NCBI GenBank assembly: GCA_038207395.1 | Contig: JBBQZW010000001.1 | Coordinates: 13,530-77,529, forward strand | DNA: 64,000 nucleotides | Source: Minisyncoccia bacterium | Lineage (GTDB): Bacteria; Patescibacteriota; Minisyncoccia; Phycocordibacterales; Phycocordibacteraceae | Reading direction: 5' to 3' | Shown: positions 37,974-47,558 of the stretch, piece by piece | Numbering within the stretch: position 1 is the first letter of the stretch | How the letters are laid out: every line of letters starts with the position of its first letter | Program-made: the position numbers and the translations under genes | The notes under the pieces: model-generated | Told to the model about the DNA's origin: nothing | Seen by the model: the letters and a program-made list of their open reading frames with translations, nothing else | Database searches by the model: none

Positions 37974-40721
37974 TTATGTAGTCTCCTTATTCTTTTTCCG
38001 TTTCTTTGCTTTTGCAAACAATGTTGCAAGATATTCACCCGTAAATGAACCGTCCGTCTCAGCAACTTCCTCCGGTGTTCCTTTCGCGATAACCTTTCCC
38101 CCCTTAATTCCTCCTTCAGGCCCAAAGTCGATTAAATAATCTGCTGACTTTATGAGATCCAGATTGTGTTCAATAACGACTACCGTGCTTCCACGACGAA
38201 CAAGCTCCTGAAGAATTTCAATGAGTTTTTGAACGTCATCATAGTGAAGTCCTACCGTTGGCTCATCAAGAAGATAGAGGGTCTTCATGGTTGTAGGGCG
38301 GTAGAGTTCAGATGCCACTTTCACACGCTGTGCTTCCCCGCCTGAGAGGGTCGTCGCAGACTGTCCAAGCGTGAGGTACTGAAGACCCGTCGCGTTTAAT
38401 GCTTCAAGTCGGTCATTGATTGCAGGGATATCTTTAAAGAATACTTCTGCTTCTTCAATGGTCATACGAAGAACGTCGTAGATATTCTTTCCTTTATAGG
38501 TAACCTCAAGCGTTTCGCGCATGTAACGGGTTCCATTACAGACATCACAAATAACATAGACCGTTGGAAGAAAGTGCATCTCAACGGCAATCACACCGTT
38601 ACCCTGGCACGTCTCACAGCGTCCACCAGCAACGTTAAAGGAGAAGCGTCCGGGCTTCCAGCCTCGTGCACGTGCCTCGTTCGTCGCCGCAAACAAATCA
38701 CGGATGTGGGTAAACGCGCCTGTGTACGTAGCAGGATTGGAGCGAGGGGTGCGCCCAATAGCTGACTGATCGATAAGGACAACGCGTCCGATGTACTCCG
38801 TGCCGGTTACGCTTGCAGCATTCACCACCTCTGCTTCACGCTTCGCGAGTCGCGCAGCGACGTTCTTATGAAGAACATCGTAGAGGAAGGTTGATTTGCC
38901 CGAACCAGACACACCCGTAATGCCGACTAACTTCCCGAGAGGAATATCAACGTTCTGATTCACCAAGTTATGAAGTGTTGCTCCTTTAATCTTAATTGAT
39001 CCTTTTTCTCCCGTACGGCGTTCTTCAGGTATTTCAATCTCTTTTTCCTCACGAAGATAGGCGAGGGTTGAAGAACCACTTTCATTTTTTGGAGCGGTAA
39101 GAAGATCGTCGAGCCATCCCGCGGCAACGACGTTGCCGCCGTGAGTCCCCGCGCCAGGTCCAATATCAATTAAATAATCTGCAGCATAAATGGTGTCCTC
39201 GTCATGCTCTACCACCAAGATAGTGTTGCCAAGTTCTTTGAGCGTTAAAAGCGTCTTTATGAGACGATCGTTATCCCGCTGGTGTAGGCCAATAGTGGGC
39301 TCATCAAGCACGTAGAGCGCCCCTACGAGCCCGGTACCGAGCTGTGAGGCTAATCGTATGCGCTGTGCTTCTCCTCCTGAAAGCGTGGCTGCTGAGCGGT
39401 TGAGAGTGAGATAATCAAGTCCGACGTTCAGCATGAAGTCCAGGCGCGCGACGATTTCACGAATTATAGGTGCCGCCACTTCTGCACGGAATTCAGAAAG
39501 ATGAAGTCCGTCCATGAAATCTTTAGCGTCACGAATAGACATACTCGTGAAGTCCACGATATTCTTTCCTAGATCTCCACCATACGTGTCCTTAGCTTCC
39601 TTTACCGGACCTTTCTTTTTTGACTCCTTAGTGGCGCCTTCAGCGGGCACCGATTTTAGATACACGCGAAGGGTCTCAGGACGAAGACGTTTTCCATGAC
39701 AGACAGGACACGGTTCGTCAGAGAAAAGAGATTTTGTGCCAAGGCCGTTACAGTTTGGACACGCACCATAGGGACTGTTGAATGAGAAGAGACGTGGTTC
39801 AACTTCAGGGAATGACATACCATCTTCTGGACAGATGAACTTCGAAGAAAGTGTTTCTAAGGTTCCGTCTGCATGACGGATCTTAACGAGCCCGTCAGCC
39901 TCTTTCAGAGCAAGTTCAAGCGCCTCTGACAAGCGTTCACGAGCACCATCGGGATTACGCACAAATTCAGTTACAAAAATAGAGTCGACTATTGCATCAA
40001 TATCGTGGCGCTTGTTTCGATCAAGGGCAATCTTTTCGCGAAGCGAGTGCTCTACACCGTCCACCATCACGCGCTCATATCCTTTACCGAGGAGGTCATA
40101 GAGCATTTGGTAGTATTCGCCTTTTCGCCCCACAACAACTGGCGCAAACACTACCACCTGCGTACGATCAAATTCAACACCCATAACATTCTCTGCCTGT
40201 GCCGTTCCTGTTTTTGCCTGTACACGATTCCATACCATACGAATCATTTCCTCTTTTGAAAGACGAATGATGGGCACGTCATGATTAACACAGTACGGCT
40301 GACCTGCTCGTGCATATAACACGCGAAGGTAGTCATAAATTTCAGTAACTGTCGCAACCGTTGAGCGAGGATTATTAGAACGACTTTTCTGATCTATCGA
40401 AATGGCAGGAGAAAGTCCAGTTATTTCATCTACATCTGGCTTCTGCATCTGATTCAAGAACTGGCGCGCGTACGCCGAAAGTGACTCCACATACCGGCGC
40501 TGCCCCTCGGCGAAAATTGTATCAAAGGCAAGGGAGGACTTTCCGGAACCGGAAAGTCCTGTGAGCACGGTCATAACCCCTCGCGGTAAAGATACCGAAA
40601 GATTTTTTAGGTTATGCGTGCGTGCGCCTTTAACGTGAATCCAGTCTTCGCCGATGTGCTGCTGATGCGCACGGCTTTCCGGATTAGGCGCAGAGTCTGC
40701 TTGGAGTGATTTTTTTGACAT
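37974..40721 (-). CDS. uvrA: excinuclease ABC subunit A
   Basis: 915 aa. Two ABC ATPase modules with zinc fingers ([35 protein letters not shown]). Confidence 0.95.
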   Translation of the reverse strand: MSKKSLQADSAPNPESRAHQQHIGEDWIHVKGARTHNLKNLSVSLPRGVMTVLTGLSGSGKSSLAFDTIFAEGQRRYVESLSAYARQFLNQMQKPDVDEITGLSPAISIDQKSRSNNPRSTVATVTEIYDYLRVLYARAGQPYCVNHDVPIIRLSKEEMIRMVWNRVQAKTGTAQAENVMGVEFDRTQVVVFAPVVVGRKGEYYQMLYDLLGKGYERVMVDGVEHSLREKIALDRNKRHDIDAIVDSIFVTEFVRNPDGARERLSEALELALKEADGLVKIRHADGTLETLSSKFICPEDGMSFPEVEPRLFSFNSPYGACPNCNGLGTKSLFSDEPCPVCHGKRLRPETLRVYLKSVPAEGATKESKKKGPVKEAKDTYGGDLGKNIVDFTSMSIRDAKDFMDGLHLSEFRAEVAAPIIREIVARLDFMLNVGLDYLTLNRSAATLSGGEAQRIRLASQLGTGLVGALYVLDEPTIGLHQRDNDRLIKTLLTLKELGNTILVVEHDEDTIYAADYLIDIGPGAGTHGGNVVAAGWLDDLLTAPKNESGSSTLAYLREEKEIEIPEERRTGEKGSIKIKGATLHNLVNQNVDIPLGKLVGITGVSGSGKSTFLYDVLHKNVAARLAKREAEVVNAASVTGTEYIGRVVLIDQSAIGRTPRSNPATYTGAFTHIRDLFAATNEARARGWKPGRFSFNVAGGRCETCQGNGVIAVEMHFLPTVYVICDVCNGTRYMRETLEVTYKGKNIYDVLRMTIEEAEVFFKDIPAINDRLEALNATGLQYLTLGQSATTLSGGEAQRVKVASELYRPTTMKTLYLLDEPTVGLHYDDVQKLIEILQELVRRGSTVVVIEHNLDLIKSADYLIDFGPEGGIKGGKVIAKGTPEEVAETDGSFTGEYLATLFAKAKKRKKNKETT

Positions 40722-40825
40722 GAAAATAGGTACGACCCTCCTTGTGCGGCCATCACCATTAAGGCAATGGCCTGTCCGAGGCGGGACAGGTACCTATGCA
40801 GTATAGCGGGAATGACGAAGCTCGG

Positions 40826-41206
40826 CTAGACCGGAAGATATTTCTTAACCGTCGTAACAATTTCATCAACATCAACTTCTGCCTTAACAAGGTAGTCATT
40901 TGCTCCAAGTGAAAGCACGCGATCTTTTGCGGTCTGTTCTCCAAGGTTCGAAACTACGACTACTGGCACGGTCTTACCTTCATCGGTGCGAGCCCGCAGC
41001 TCTTCAAGCACTCCAAATCCATCCTTAGATCCAGGAAGGGTAAGATCAAGAAGGATAAGTACTGGTTTAAATTGGCTAAAGAGGGAAAGTGCTTCATCTG
41101 CATTAGCCGCATAGAGTACGTGGTATGAGCCTGACAGAGTATGTCCCAGTAAATTTTTAAGGATTGGGTCGTCTTCGACTACGAGAATACAAGGAAGTTC
41201 GTTCAT
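40826..41206 (-). CDS. single-domain response regulator (CheY-like receiver)
   Basis: ILVVEDD, LDLTLPG and conserved Lys. No output domain. Confidence 0.8.
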   Translation of the reverse strand: MNELPCILVVEDDPILKNLLGHTLSGSYHVLYAANADEALSLFSQFKPVLILLDLTLPGSKDGFGVLEELRARTDEGKTVPVVVVSNLGEQTAKDRVLSLGANDYLVKAEVDVDEIVTTVKKYLPV

Positions 41207-41271
41207 GAAGAAACTATAGCGCACTGCGAAGCATACGGAAATGCACCCTGGCTATTGCCTTGGTGCTGGCG

Positions 41272-42366
41272 CTAAGCCGTTGGTAGAGACAACGTAAACG
41301 TCGTTCCTGGACCATTTACATTTGCAGCAAAATTTAGATCACCTCCATGATCGGTAGCAATAGTGCGTGAAATGTACAACCCAAGCCCATTCCCTTTGTT
41401 TTCTTTAGCAACAGCATTCTCTGCGCGATAGAAACGCTCAAAGATATTATTTCTATCTTTGGACGTAATACCAATTCCGGTATCACTTACCAGTACCTGT
41501 ACACGTCCACTAAAGGCGTTCATGACAATATGGACGGTACCTCCTGAGGGAGTGTACCGAATAGCATTCTCTATAAGGTTATTGAGTACCCATTTTATTT
41601 GCTGGCGGTCTGCACGGACAAGTGGTAGTGCGGGATCAAACGCATCAACACTAAGCGTTACCTTACTTTCTACTGCCTGGTGATTAAAGTCTCGTACCAC
41701 CATTTCTACAATTTCCTGAAGTTTTACGGATTCAAATACGTATTTATGTTTACCTGACTCAATACTCGAGATATCAAGAAGCATTCCTACAATCCCTACA
41801 AGGTCTCGACTCTTATTCGCAGCATCATCCACAAACGTCTTCTGCATTTCAGTGAGAGGTTCTTTTGCTAGCGCTTCGAGTGCCCAGCGAATACCGGTGA
41901 GAGGAGTTCTAAGTTGATGGGCAGCGGTAGATATAAAGTCCGATTTCACTCGTGACATCTCCATGTCGCGAGTGTGTACCTGTTCAACGCTATTAGTGAA
42001 TTCAACAAATACCGCAGCAAGACGGCGGATTTCAGTAGACGTAAGCGTAAGTGCAGGAAGTGCGGACAAGGTATTTGACGTTGCAAATGTTTCCATCGTC
42101 TTCGTAATCACCTTGATGGGCTGTATGAACAGTCTATCAAGAAGAAGAAATACGAATACAAATACCAGCGCAGTAAGCACAAACAATACTGATCCATATG
42201 CCGTAATAATATCCACCAAAGGAACATCAGCATTTGCTATCTGTATTGTTAGTGGGAGAGCCGCACCGTATTTTGCCCAAAAGATGTAGCCTGTAAAAAA
42301 AATAAAAACAGAGAGCACGAACAATGCGAACAGCAATTGAAGTGCGACAAGTACCCGAAGTCTCAT
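41272..42366 (-). CDS. sensor histidine kinase
   Basis: Two N-terminal TM helices. HisKA H-box FISTAAHQLRTPL. HATPase_c N/G boxes (NLIENAIRYT, DTGIGI, GNGLGL). Confidence 0.85.
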   Translation of the reverse strand: MRLRVLVALQLLFALFVLSVFIFFTGYIFWAKYGAALPLTIQIANADVPLVDIITAYGSVLFVLTALVFVFVFLLLDRLFIQPIKVITKTMETFATSNTLSALPALTLTSTEIRRLAAVFVEFTNSVEQVHTRDMEMSRVKSDFISTAAHQLRTPLTGIRWALEALAKEPLTEMQKTFVDDAANKSRDLVGIVGMLLDISSIESGKHKYVFESVKLQEIVEMVVRDFNHQAVESKVTLSVDAFDPALPLVRADRQQIKWVLNNLIENAIRYTPSGGTVHIVMNAFSGRVQVLVSDTGIGITSKDRNNIFERFYRAENAVAKENKGNGLGLYISRTIATDHGGDLNFAANVNGPGTTFTLSLPTA

Positions 42367-42405
42367 ACCACTATGCTATCACGAGCAAAACAGTCAGTTC
42401 TGATC

Positions 42406-44523
42406 TTACCGGCCGCGCCGAGGAGAGGATGAAGCTTTTTTTATCCCAGCCCTCGGCTTACGCACCACCTCTTTGCCTTCTAGCCGATATATCTCATCAC
42501 GAAGGATTGCCGCTGTCTCAAAATCTAAGTTCTCTACGGCTTCATTCATTTGTGCACGTTTTTCTTTCATAAAGGTCTTTGGATCTTCTTCGTATAGCTT
42601 TGAATCCAGCTTGAGAAGTTCATGGACCGTCTTATCGTGCTCACTACGCATTGATTCAGCAATATCTTTAATTTCTTTTTTAATAGACATAGGGGTAATG
42701 CCGTGCGCTTCGTTATAGGCAACCTGAATGGCCCGGCGGCGGTTCGTTTCACTAATTGCTCGCGTCATTGAGCCAGTCATGACATCGGCATAGAGAATTA
42801 CGCGTCCAAGAATATTTCGGGCTGCGCGTCCTATCGTTTGAATAAGCGATGTTTCGCTTCGAAGGAAGCCTTCTTTGTCCGCGTCAAGAATTCCCACGAG
42901 TTCCACTTCAGGAAGATCGAGTCCTTCTCGTAGGAGATTAACGCCCACCAGAATATCAAAGGTTCCCCGTCGGAATTCAGTGAGAATTGTAATGCGATCG
43001 ATTGTTTTAATATCACTATGTAAATACTCTGCTTTAATTCCCTTTTCTTTTAGGAACATAGAAAGGTCTTCGGCCATCTGCTTGGTGAGTGTCGTAGCGA
43101 GCGCGCGTCCTCCGCGCTTAATAACTATTTCGGCTTCAGTGATGAAGTCCGCAATCTGGCCACGGTACGCGGCCCCTTCGTCGGATGTTATCGCTCCCCC
43201 TACCCCTACGCCTTCAGCAATAGGACGCACGATAAGCTCAGGGTCAATAAGTCCAGTTGGGCGAATGATTTGTTCAACCACCTGCCCTTTTGGCAAAACA
43301 CTTTTCTCACGCTCATAGTTCCCCGGCGTTGCTGACGTGAAAATCACCTGTCCAATACGTTTTTCAAACTCTTCAAACTTAAGGGGGCGGTTATCACGCG
43401 CTGAAGGAAGACGGAATCCATGTTCAACCAGCACATCCTTTCGAGAACGGTCACCTGCATACATACCTCCAATCTGAGAAACTGTTACGTGTGACTCGTC
43501 GAGAATCGTGAGGAAGTCCGGCGTACCATCTTTTTTATGGGGGAAGTAGGAAAGAAGGGTGTGCGGCGCCTCACCGGGTGCGCGTCCGTCAAAGTGACGA
43601 GAATAATTCTCAATACCTCCGACGAATCCTGTCTCACGAATAAGCGCAATATCATGCTGCGTTCGACGTTTCAAGCGCTCTGCCTCTAAGAGTTTCTCTT
43701 CACGCTTTAGCGTAGCAAGGCGCTCATCAAGTTCAGCTTGAATATCCTCAATAGCGCGAGCACGTTCGTCTTCGTTCGAAACGAAGTGTTTAGCCGGGAA
43801 CACAAACAGTGTTTCAGGTGATGAAGTAAGTGCACGCGAAACAGCATCAAGGCACTCAATACGCGTAATTGAGTCAGCATCAAAGGCGATGCGGTAGATA
43901 ACGCGTTCGTTAACCGGCATCACCTCAAGTGAGTTACCAATAGCGCGAATCTTTCCGGGTTCAAGGTCTGCAGTTGTTCGTTCAAAATAGATACTAATAA
44001 ACTTACGAATGAGTGATGCACGATCTTCCTTTCCACCCACAGCAAGTTTGATATGTACCTTTTCATAATTCTCCGGTGAACCGAGTCCATAGATAGCAGA
44101 TACTGACGCAACAATGATCACATCTTTTCGGGTGAGGAGTGCTTGTGTTGCCGCGTGACGAAGACGATCAATTTCCGCATTGATCTGTGCTTCCTTTTCT
44201 ATATACGTATCAGAATGCGCGATGTACGCCTCTGGCTGGTAGTAGTCATAGTACGAAACAAAGTAATGCACGGCGTTCTCTGGAAAGAATTCCCGGTACT
44301 CCTGCGCGAGCTGTGCGGCCAGCGTCTTATTATGCGCCATAACAAGCGTTGGCTTCTGAATGTTTTGAATCACATTTGCGCCAGTGTACGTCTTACCAGA
44401 ACCCGTCACCCCAAGAAGCGTTTGATAGATAAGACCATCCTTAACGCCTTTGGTTAGGAGTTCAATAGCTTTTGGCTGATCACCAGCTGCGGGAAATGGA
44501 GAATGAATTTTAAAGCCTGACAT
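42406..44523 (-). CDS. uvrB: excinuclease ABC subunit B
   Basis: 705 aa. GVTGSGKT helicase motifs. C-terminal UVR domain (ETAAILRDEIYRL). Confidence 0.95.
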   Translation of the reverse strand: MSGFKIHSPFPAAGDQPKAIELLTKGVKDGLIYQTLLGVTGSGKTYTGANVIQNIQKPTLVMAHNKTLAAQLAQEYREFFPENAVHYFVSYYDYYQPEAYIAHSDTYIEKEAQINAEIDRLRHAATQALLTRKDVIIVASVSAIYGLGSPENYEKVHIKLAVGGKEDRASLIRKFISIYFERTTADLEPGKIRAIGNSLEVMPVNERVIYRIAFDADSITRIECLDAVSRALTSSPETLFVFPAKHFVSNEDERARAIEDIQAELDERLATLKREEKLLEAERLKRRTQHDIALIRETGFVGGIENYSRHFDGRAPGEAPHTLLSYFPHKKDGTPDFLTILDESHVTVSQIGGMYAGDRSRKDVLVEHGFRLPSARDNRPLKFEEFEKRIGQVIFTSATPGNYEREKSVLPKGQVVEQIIRPTGLIDPELIVRPIAEGVGVGGAITSDEGAAYRGQIADFITEAEIVIKRGGRALATTLTKQMAEDLSMFLKEKGIKAEYLHSDIKTIDRITILTEFRRGTFDILVGVNLLREGLDLPEVELVGILDADKEGFLRSETSLIQTIGRAARNILGRVILYADVMTGSMTRAISETNRRRAIQVAYNEAHGITPMSIKKEIKDIAESMRSEHDKTVHELLKLDSKLYEEDPKTFMKEKRAQMNEAVENLDFETAAILRDEIYRLEGKEVVRKPRAGIKKASSSPRRGR

Positions 44524-44588
44524 AGATATAAGAATAGTGTACCGTGCACACTAAAAGTTCGCATTAAGAGCCCAGTCTGTCTTCGTTT

Positions 44589-45824
44589 CTATCCGTAATA
44601 CGACCGAATGAAGTTTTCACGATATTCGCTAAAGGTGCCTTTCTCTAGTGCCTCACGTGCCCCATCAACAAGCTGAATGATAAAGCCTAGGTTATGCATT
44701 GAGGCAATAGTTTGTCCTAAGAATTCTCCTGAGCGTAAAAGATGCGCAACGTACGCGCGAGTGAATAGCTCAGTGCCCTGAACTGTGGTCTCCGGATCAA
44801 GCGGAGTAAAGTCATCCTTATACTGTTCTTTCTTAAGGTGCACGGGTCCGCGTTTTGTATAGATAGTTCCGTGGCGTCCCAACCGCGTGGCGGCAACACA
44901 GTCAAACAAATCCATTCCTTCAGCAATACCCGTGAGCACGTCTCCCGGCTCACCAATACCTAAAAAGTGCCGTGGCTTATCTTCAGGAAGAAACGGAACC
45001 GCTGCCTGCAGTGCTCCCTGCATATCCTCCTTACTAAACGAGCCACCAATACCAAAGCCATCAAAGCCAAGTGAAGCAATCTCACGCGCACTTTCAGCGC
45101 GCAAATCCGTGTGACGTCCTCCCTGAATAATACCGAATATTGATTGAGTACGTGAAGCCTCAAGGTTCTGACGATGCGCTTTTAATGAGCGATCTGCCCA
45201 TCGGTGCGTACGCTCCATTGCTTCGCGCTGGTAGGCGTACGGCTCCGTAGGAGCCGTACATTCATCAAAGGCGAAGAACATATCTGCGCCGAGCGCATGC
45301 TGAATCTCAACAGAACGCTCAGGGGTAAAGCGGTGGAGCGAACCATCGAGATGAGACGTGAAAGTCACTCCAGCATCATCAATCACGGCAAGCTGTCCGT
45401 GCTGAGACGCAACTTCTTCGTCGAAGACGGTCATGCCTTGATCACGCGGAAGTTCTTCGCCTTTTGCAATCTTTGTTATGGTGCGGCCAAAGGCCGCACC
45501 AAGAGAAAAGACTTGAAACCCTCCTGAATCCGTCATCGTTGGCATGCGCACGCCGTCCTTTGACCAACCCATAAAGTCAGCAAGTCCTCCTCCTTTTTTT
45601 ACAATCTCTTCTCCCGGCTGAAGATACAAATGATACGTATTTGCTAACACGACTTGTGCACCAAGATCCTGAAGCTGAGCAGGAGTAACTCCTTTTACGC
45701 CAGCCTTTGTTCCCACAGGAACAAAGGCTGGCGTCTTAATAACGCCATTGCGGGTAGTAAGTACTCCTGCACGAGCTCGTGACTTTGAATCACGAGCAAC
45801 AATAGAAAATGAGAGCGGGGTCAT
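44589..45824 (-). CDS. tgt: queuine tRNA-ribosyltransferase homolog lacking the canonical zinc-binding Cys triad
   Basis: MTDSGGFQ and LFDCVAATRLGRHG catalytic Asp motifs are present. The region aligning to Z. mobilis ECHCAVC reads ETTVQGT; the downstream His is retained. Confidence 0.9.
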   Translation of the reverse strand: MTPLSFSIVARDSKSRARAGVLTTRNGVIKTPAFVPVGTKAGVKGVTPAQLQDLGAQVVLANTYHLYLQPGEEIVKKGGGLADFMGWSKDGVRMPTMTDSGGFQVFSLGAAFGRTITKIAKGEELPRDQGMTVFDEEVASQHGQLAVIDDAGVTFTSHLDGSLHRFTPERSVEIQHALGADMFFAFDECTAPTEPYAYQREAMERTHRWADRSLKAHRQNLEASRTQSIFGIIQGGRHTDLRAESAREIASLGFDGFGIGGSFSKEDMQGALQAAVPFLPEDKPRHFLGIGEPGDVLTGIAEGMDLFDCVAATRLGRHGTIYTKRGPVHLKKEQYKDDFTPLDPETTVQGTELFTRAYVAHLLRSGEFLGQTIASMHNLGFIIQLVDGAREALEKGTFSEYRENFIRSYYG

Positions 45825-45881
45825 TAAAATAGCCTATAGGTTAGGCATATATTAGGCAAGTATTTAAAGCATAGGTAAACC

Positions 45882-45910
45882 TTGACAAGCATGTCTTACT
45901 CTGCTATAAA
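45882..45910 (+). promoter_or_regulatory. sigma70-type promoter TTGACA-17-TATAAA
   Basis: Textbook hexamers about 60 nt upstream of the glycine-zipper gene, which has an AAGGAG SD. Confidence 0.6.
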
Positions 45911-45972
45911 TGTATCAGGTGTGCGATTTTGCACCTTGATTCATTCAAGTTCAATTCTTAAGGAGACGCGTA

Positions 45973-46593
45973 ATGCGTATATCTAAAAGACTCTTCATTG
46001 CCGGCGTTTTTGCTTCAGTGATGACTGCTTCGCCGGCATTTGCCCGCGACAATGACAACAATTTCAAGCCTCAGATGGGGCGGATGTATTTTGTTGTCAG
46101 CGACACTGGCCTGCCAGGTCTCGCAGAAGCACGCCCAATCACGGGCGAGCAGTGGGACCAGCTCGCGTTTGTTGACCGTGGATGCCAGGGCCAGCTCAAG
46201 GCTCAGCGTCCAAGCGGTCTTTCCGAAGTGTTCCACACGGCTCTCGTGGGAGCACTCGGCGGTGGCCTTGGCTACGGCGCCGGTTACGGTGCTTCAGGCC
46301 TCGGCCCCGTCGGAAAGGTTGCCGTTCTCGGTAGCGTTGTCGGCGCAGTCGGTGGCATCGTCGGTGGCATCGATGGTCGTGCTCGCGCAAAGCGGTACGA
46401 CATGGGTCAATGCATGGTGCTCGTTGTGAGCATGCTTCAGCGTCGGGGTTTTCTGACCAACGTCGGCATTCTGATCAACTCCCATGCAGTCAACGGGAAA
46501 GGAATTTCTCGCCCCGACAATGCAGGGATGGCAGACGCCGCACCGACTGCTGCAAGCAGCACAAGTGACACCACGCCAGTAGTTATCCCGTAA
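45973..46593 (+). CDS. secreted glycine-zipper (Gly-zipper/Rick_17kDa-like) protein
   Basis: Signal peptide (ASPAFA). GALGGGLGYGAGYGASGLGPVGKVAVLGSVVGAVGGIVGGIDG glycine zipper. GC-rich Gly codons. Confidence 0.65.
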   Translation: MRISKRLFIAGVFASVMTASPAFARDNDNNFKPQMGRMYFVVSDTGLPGLAEARPITGEQWDQLAFVDRGCQGQLKAQRPSGLSEVFHTALVGALGGGLGYGAGYGASGLGPVGKVAVLGSVVGAVGGIVGGIDGRARAKRYDMGQCMVLVVSMLQRRGFLTNVGILINSHAVNGKGISRPDNAGMADAAPTAASSTSDTTPVVIP

Positions 46594-46616
46594 CACGGAT
46601 ACCTGGCACTAACACA

Positions 46617-46653
46617 AGGGCCGCACGATTTCATCGTGCGGCCCTTTTTCTTT
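46617..46653. terminator. bidirectional rho-independent terminator between convergent genes
   Basis: agggccgcacgatttcatcgtgcggccctttttc. Confidence 0.8.
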
Positions 46654-46670
46654 AGTACACTTTCTGTGGA

Positions 46671-47219
46671 TTACTTTACGTCGAGAAGTTCAATATCAAA
46701 GATAAGTGTTGCGTTAGCAGGGATTACTCCGCCAACAGCTTGATTTCCGTACGCAAGGTCAGCAGGGATAATAAGTTGTCGCTTTCCTCCAACTTTCATA
46801 CCAGCAACACCAAGGTCCCATCCTTTGATAACTTGTCCTGCACCAAGTGCAAAACTAAATGGCTGACCGTGCTTTGCGCTTGCGTCAAAGACCGTTCCGT
46901 CAGGAAGCATTCCTACATAGTTAACGGTTACCGTTTTACCCGCAACCGCTTCTGCGCCGGTTCCGACTACGATATCTTTTCCGGCAAGCGTCGTTGGCAA
47001 TGGATCTGGAATCTGATTTGGAGCGGATGATGGTTCTTGATTCATAGTAGCTTTTTCAGCAGTCGTTGATGCGATCCCTTCCGTGGTCGTTGCATTTGTT
47101 TGTATGCCGGGAGTACTAAACGGCGCGAAAATGCGTGGACCAAAGAATAAAAGACCTAGGGCAACCACGACCGCAATAGCGACCGCAATACCCGTAGACG
47201 TTACCTGCGTTGTATTCAT
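46671..47219 (-). CDS. FKBP-type peptidyl-prolyl cis-trans isomerase (membrane-anchored or secreted)
   Basis: GKTVTVNYVGMLPDGTVFDAS...GAGQVIKGWDLGVAGMKVGGKRQLIIPADLAYG. Confidence 0.85.
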   Translation of the reverse strand: MNTTQVTSTGIAVAIAVVVALGLLFFGPRIFAPFSTPGIQTNATTTEGIASTTAEKATMNQEPSSAPNQIPDPLPTTLAGKDIVVGTGAEAVAGKTVTVNYVGMLPDGTVFDASAKHGQPFSFALGAGQVIKGWDLGVAGMKVGGKRQLIIPADLAYGNQAVGGVIPANATLIFDIELLDVK

Positions 47220-47228
47220 AGTATTGTA

Positions 47229-47546
47229 TTAATCCTGGCTTTCGCCGGTTGCGGCTAGTATATCATCTTGAAGTTCGTCTACGGTAGCTTCAATAATCTC
47301 GTCAGCGTTAGGCACCCGTTCTTCTATAAATGCCATTACCTGTTCTTCTGTTGGCTCAGTCTCAAGTAATGCATTAAAGGCGTCTCGTGACACATCATCC
47401 ATCTGTTCGATAATCCGGAGCAATGCCGTCTCATACGCAACATCATTTAACTCAGTGAGGAGTTCTTCCTGTTCTTCTATAGGGAGTGCACTCAGGTCCA
47501 TCGCTTTCTCGAGCACTTTTTTAGCTTCAGGGGAAATATCTTTCAT
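47229..47546 (-). CDS. small acidic hypothetical protein (resembles conserved Patescibacteria DUF proteins)
   Basis: 105 aa, very acidic, helical. 9- and 12-nt gaps to its neighbours. Confidence 0.5.
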   Translation of the reverse strand: MKDISPEAKKVLEKAMDLSALPIEEQEELLTELNDVAYETALLRIIEQMDDVSRDAFNALLETEPTEEQVMAFIEERVPNADEIIEATVDELQDDILAATGESQD

Positions 47547-47558
47547 ACGTATGATTAT

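Noticed and set aside
46015-46596. Several minus- and plus-frame ORFs overlapping the glycine-zipper gene (73 aa, 129 aa, 64 aa, 100 aa)
   Set aside because: GC-rich Gly-codon repeats open all frames. Only the plus-strand frame has promoter, SD, signal peptide and terminator.
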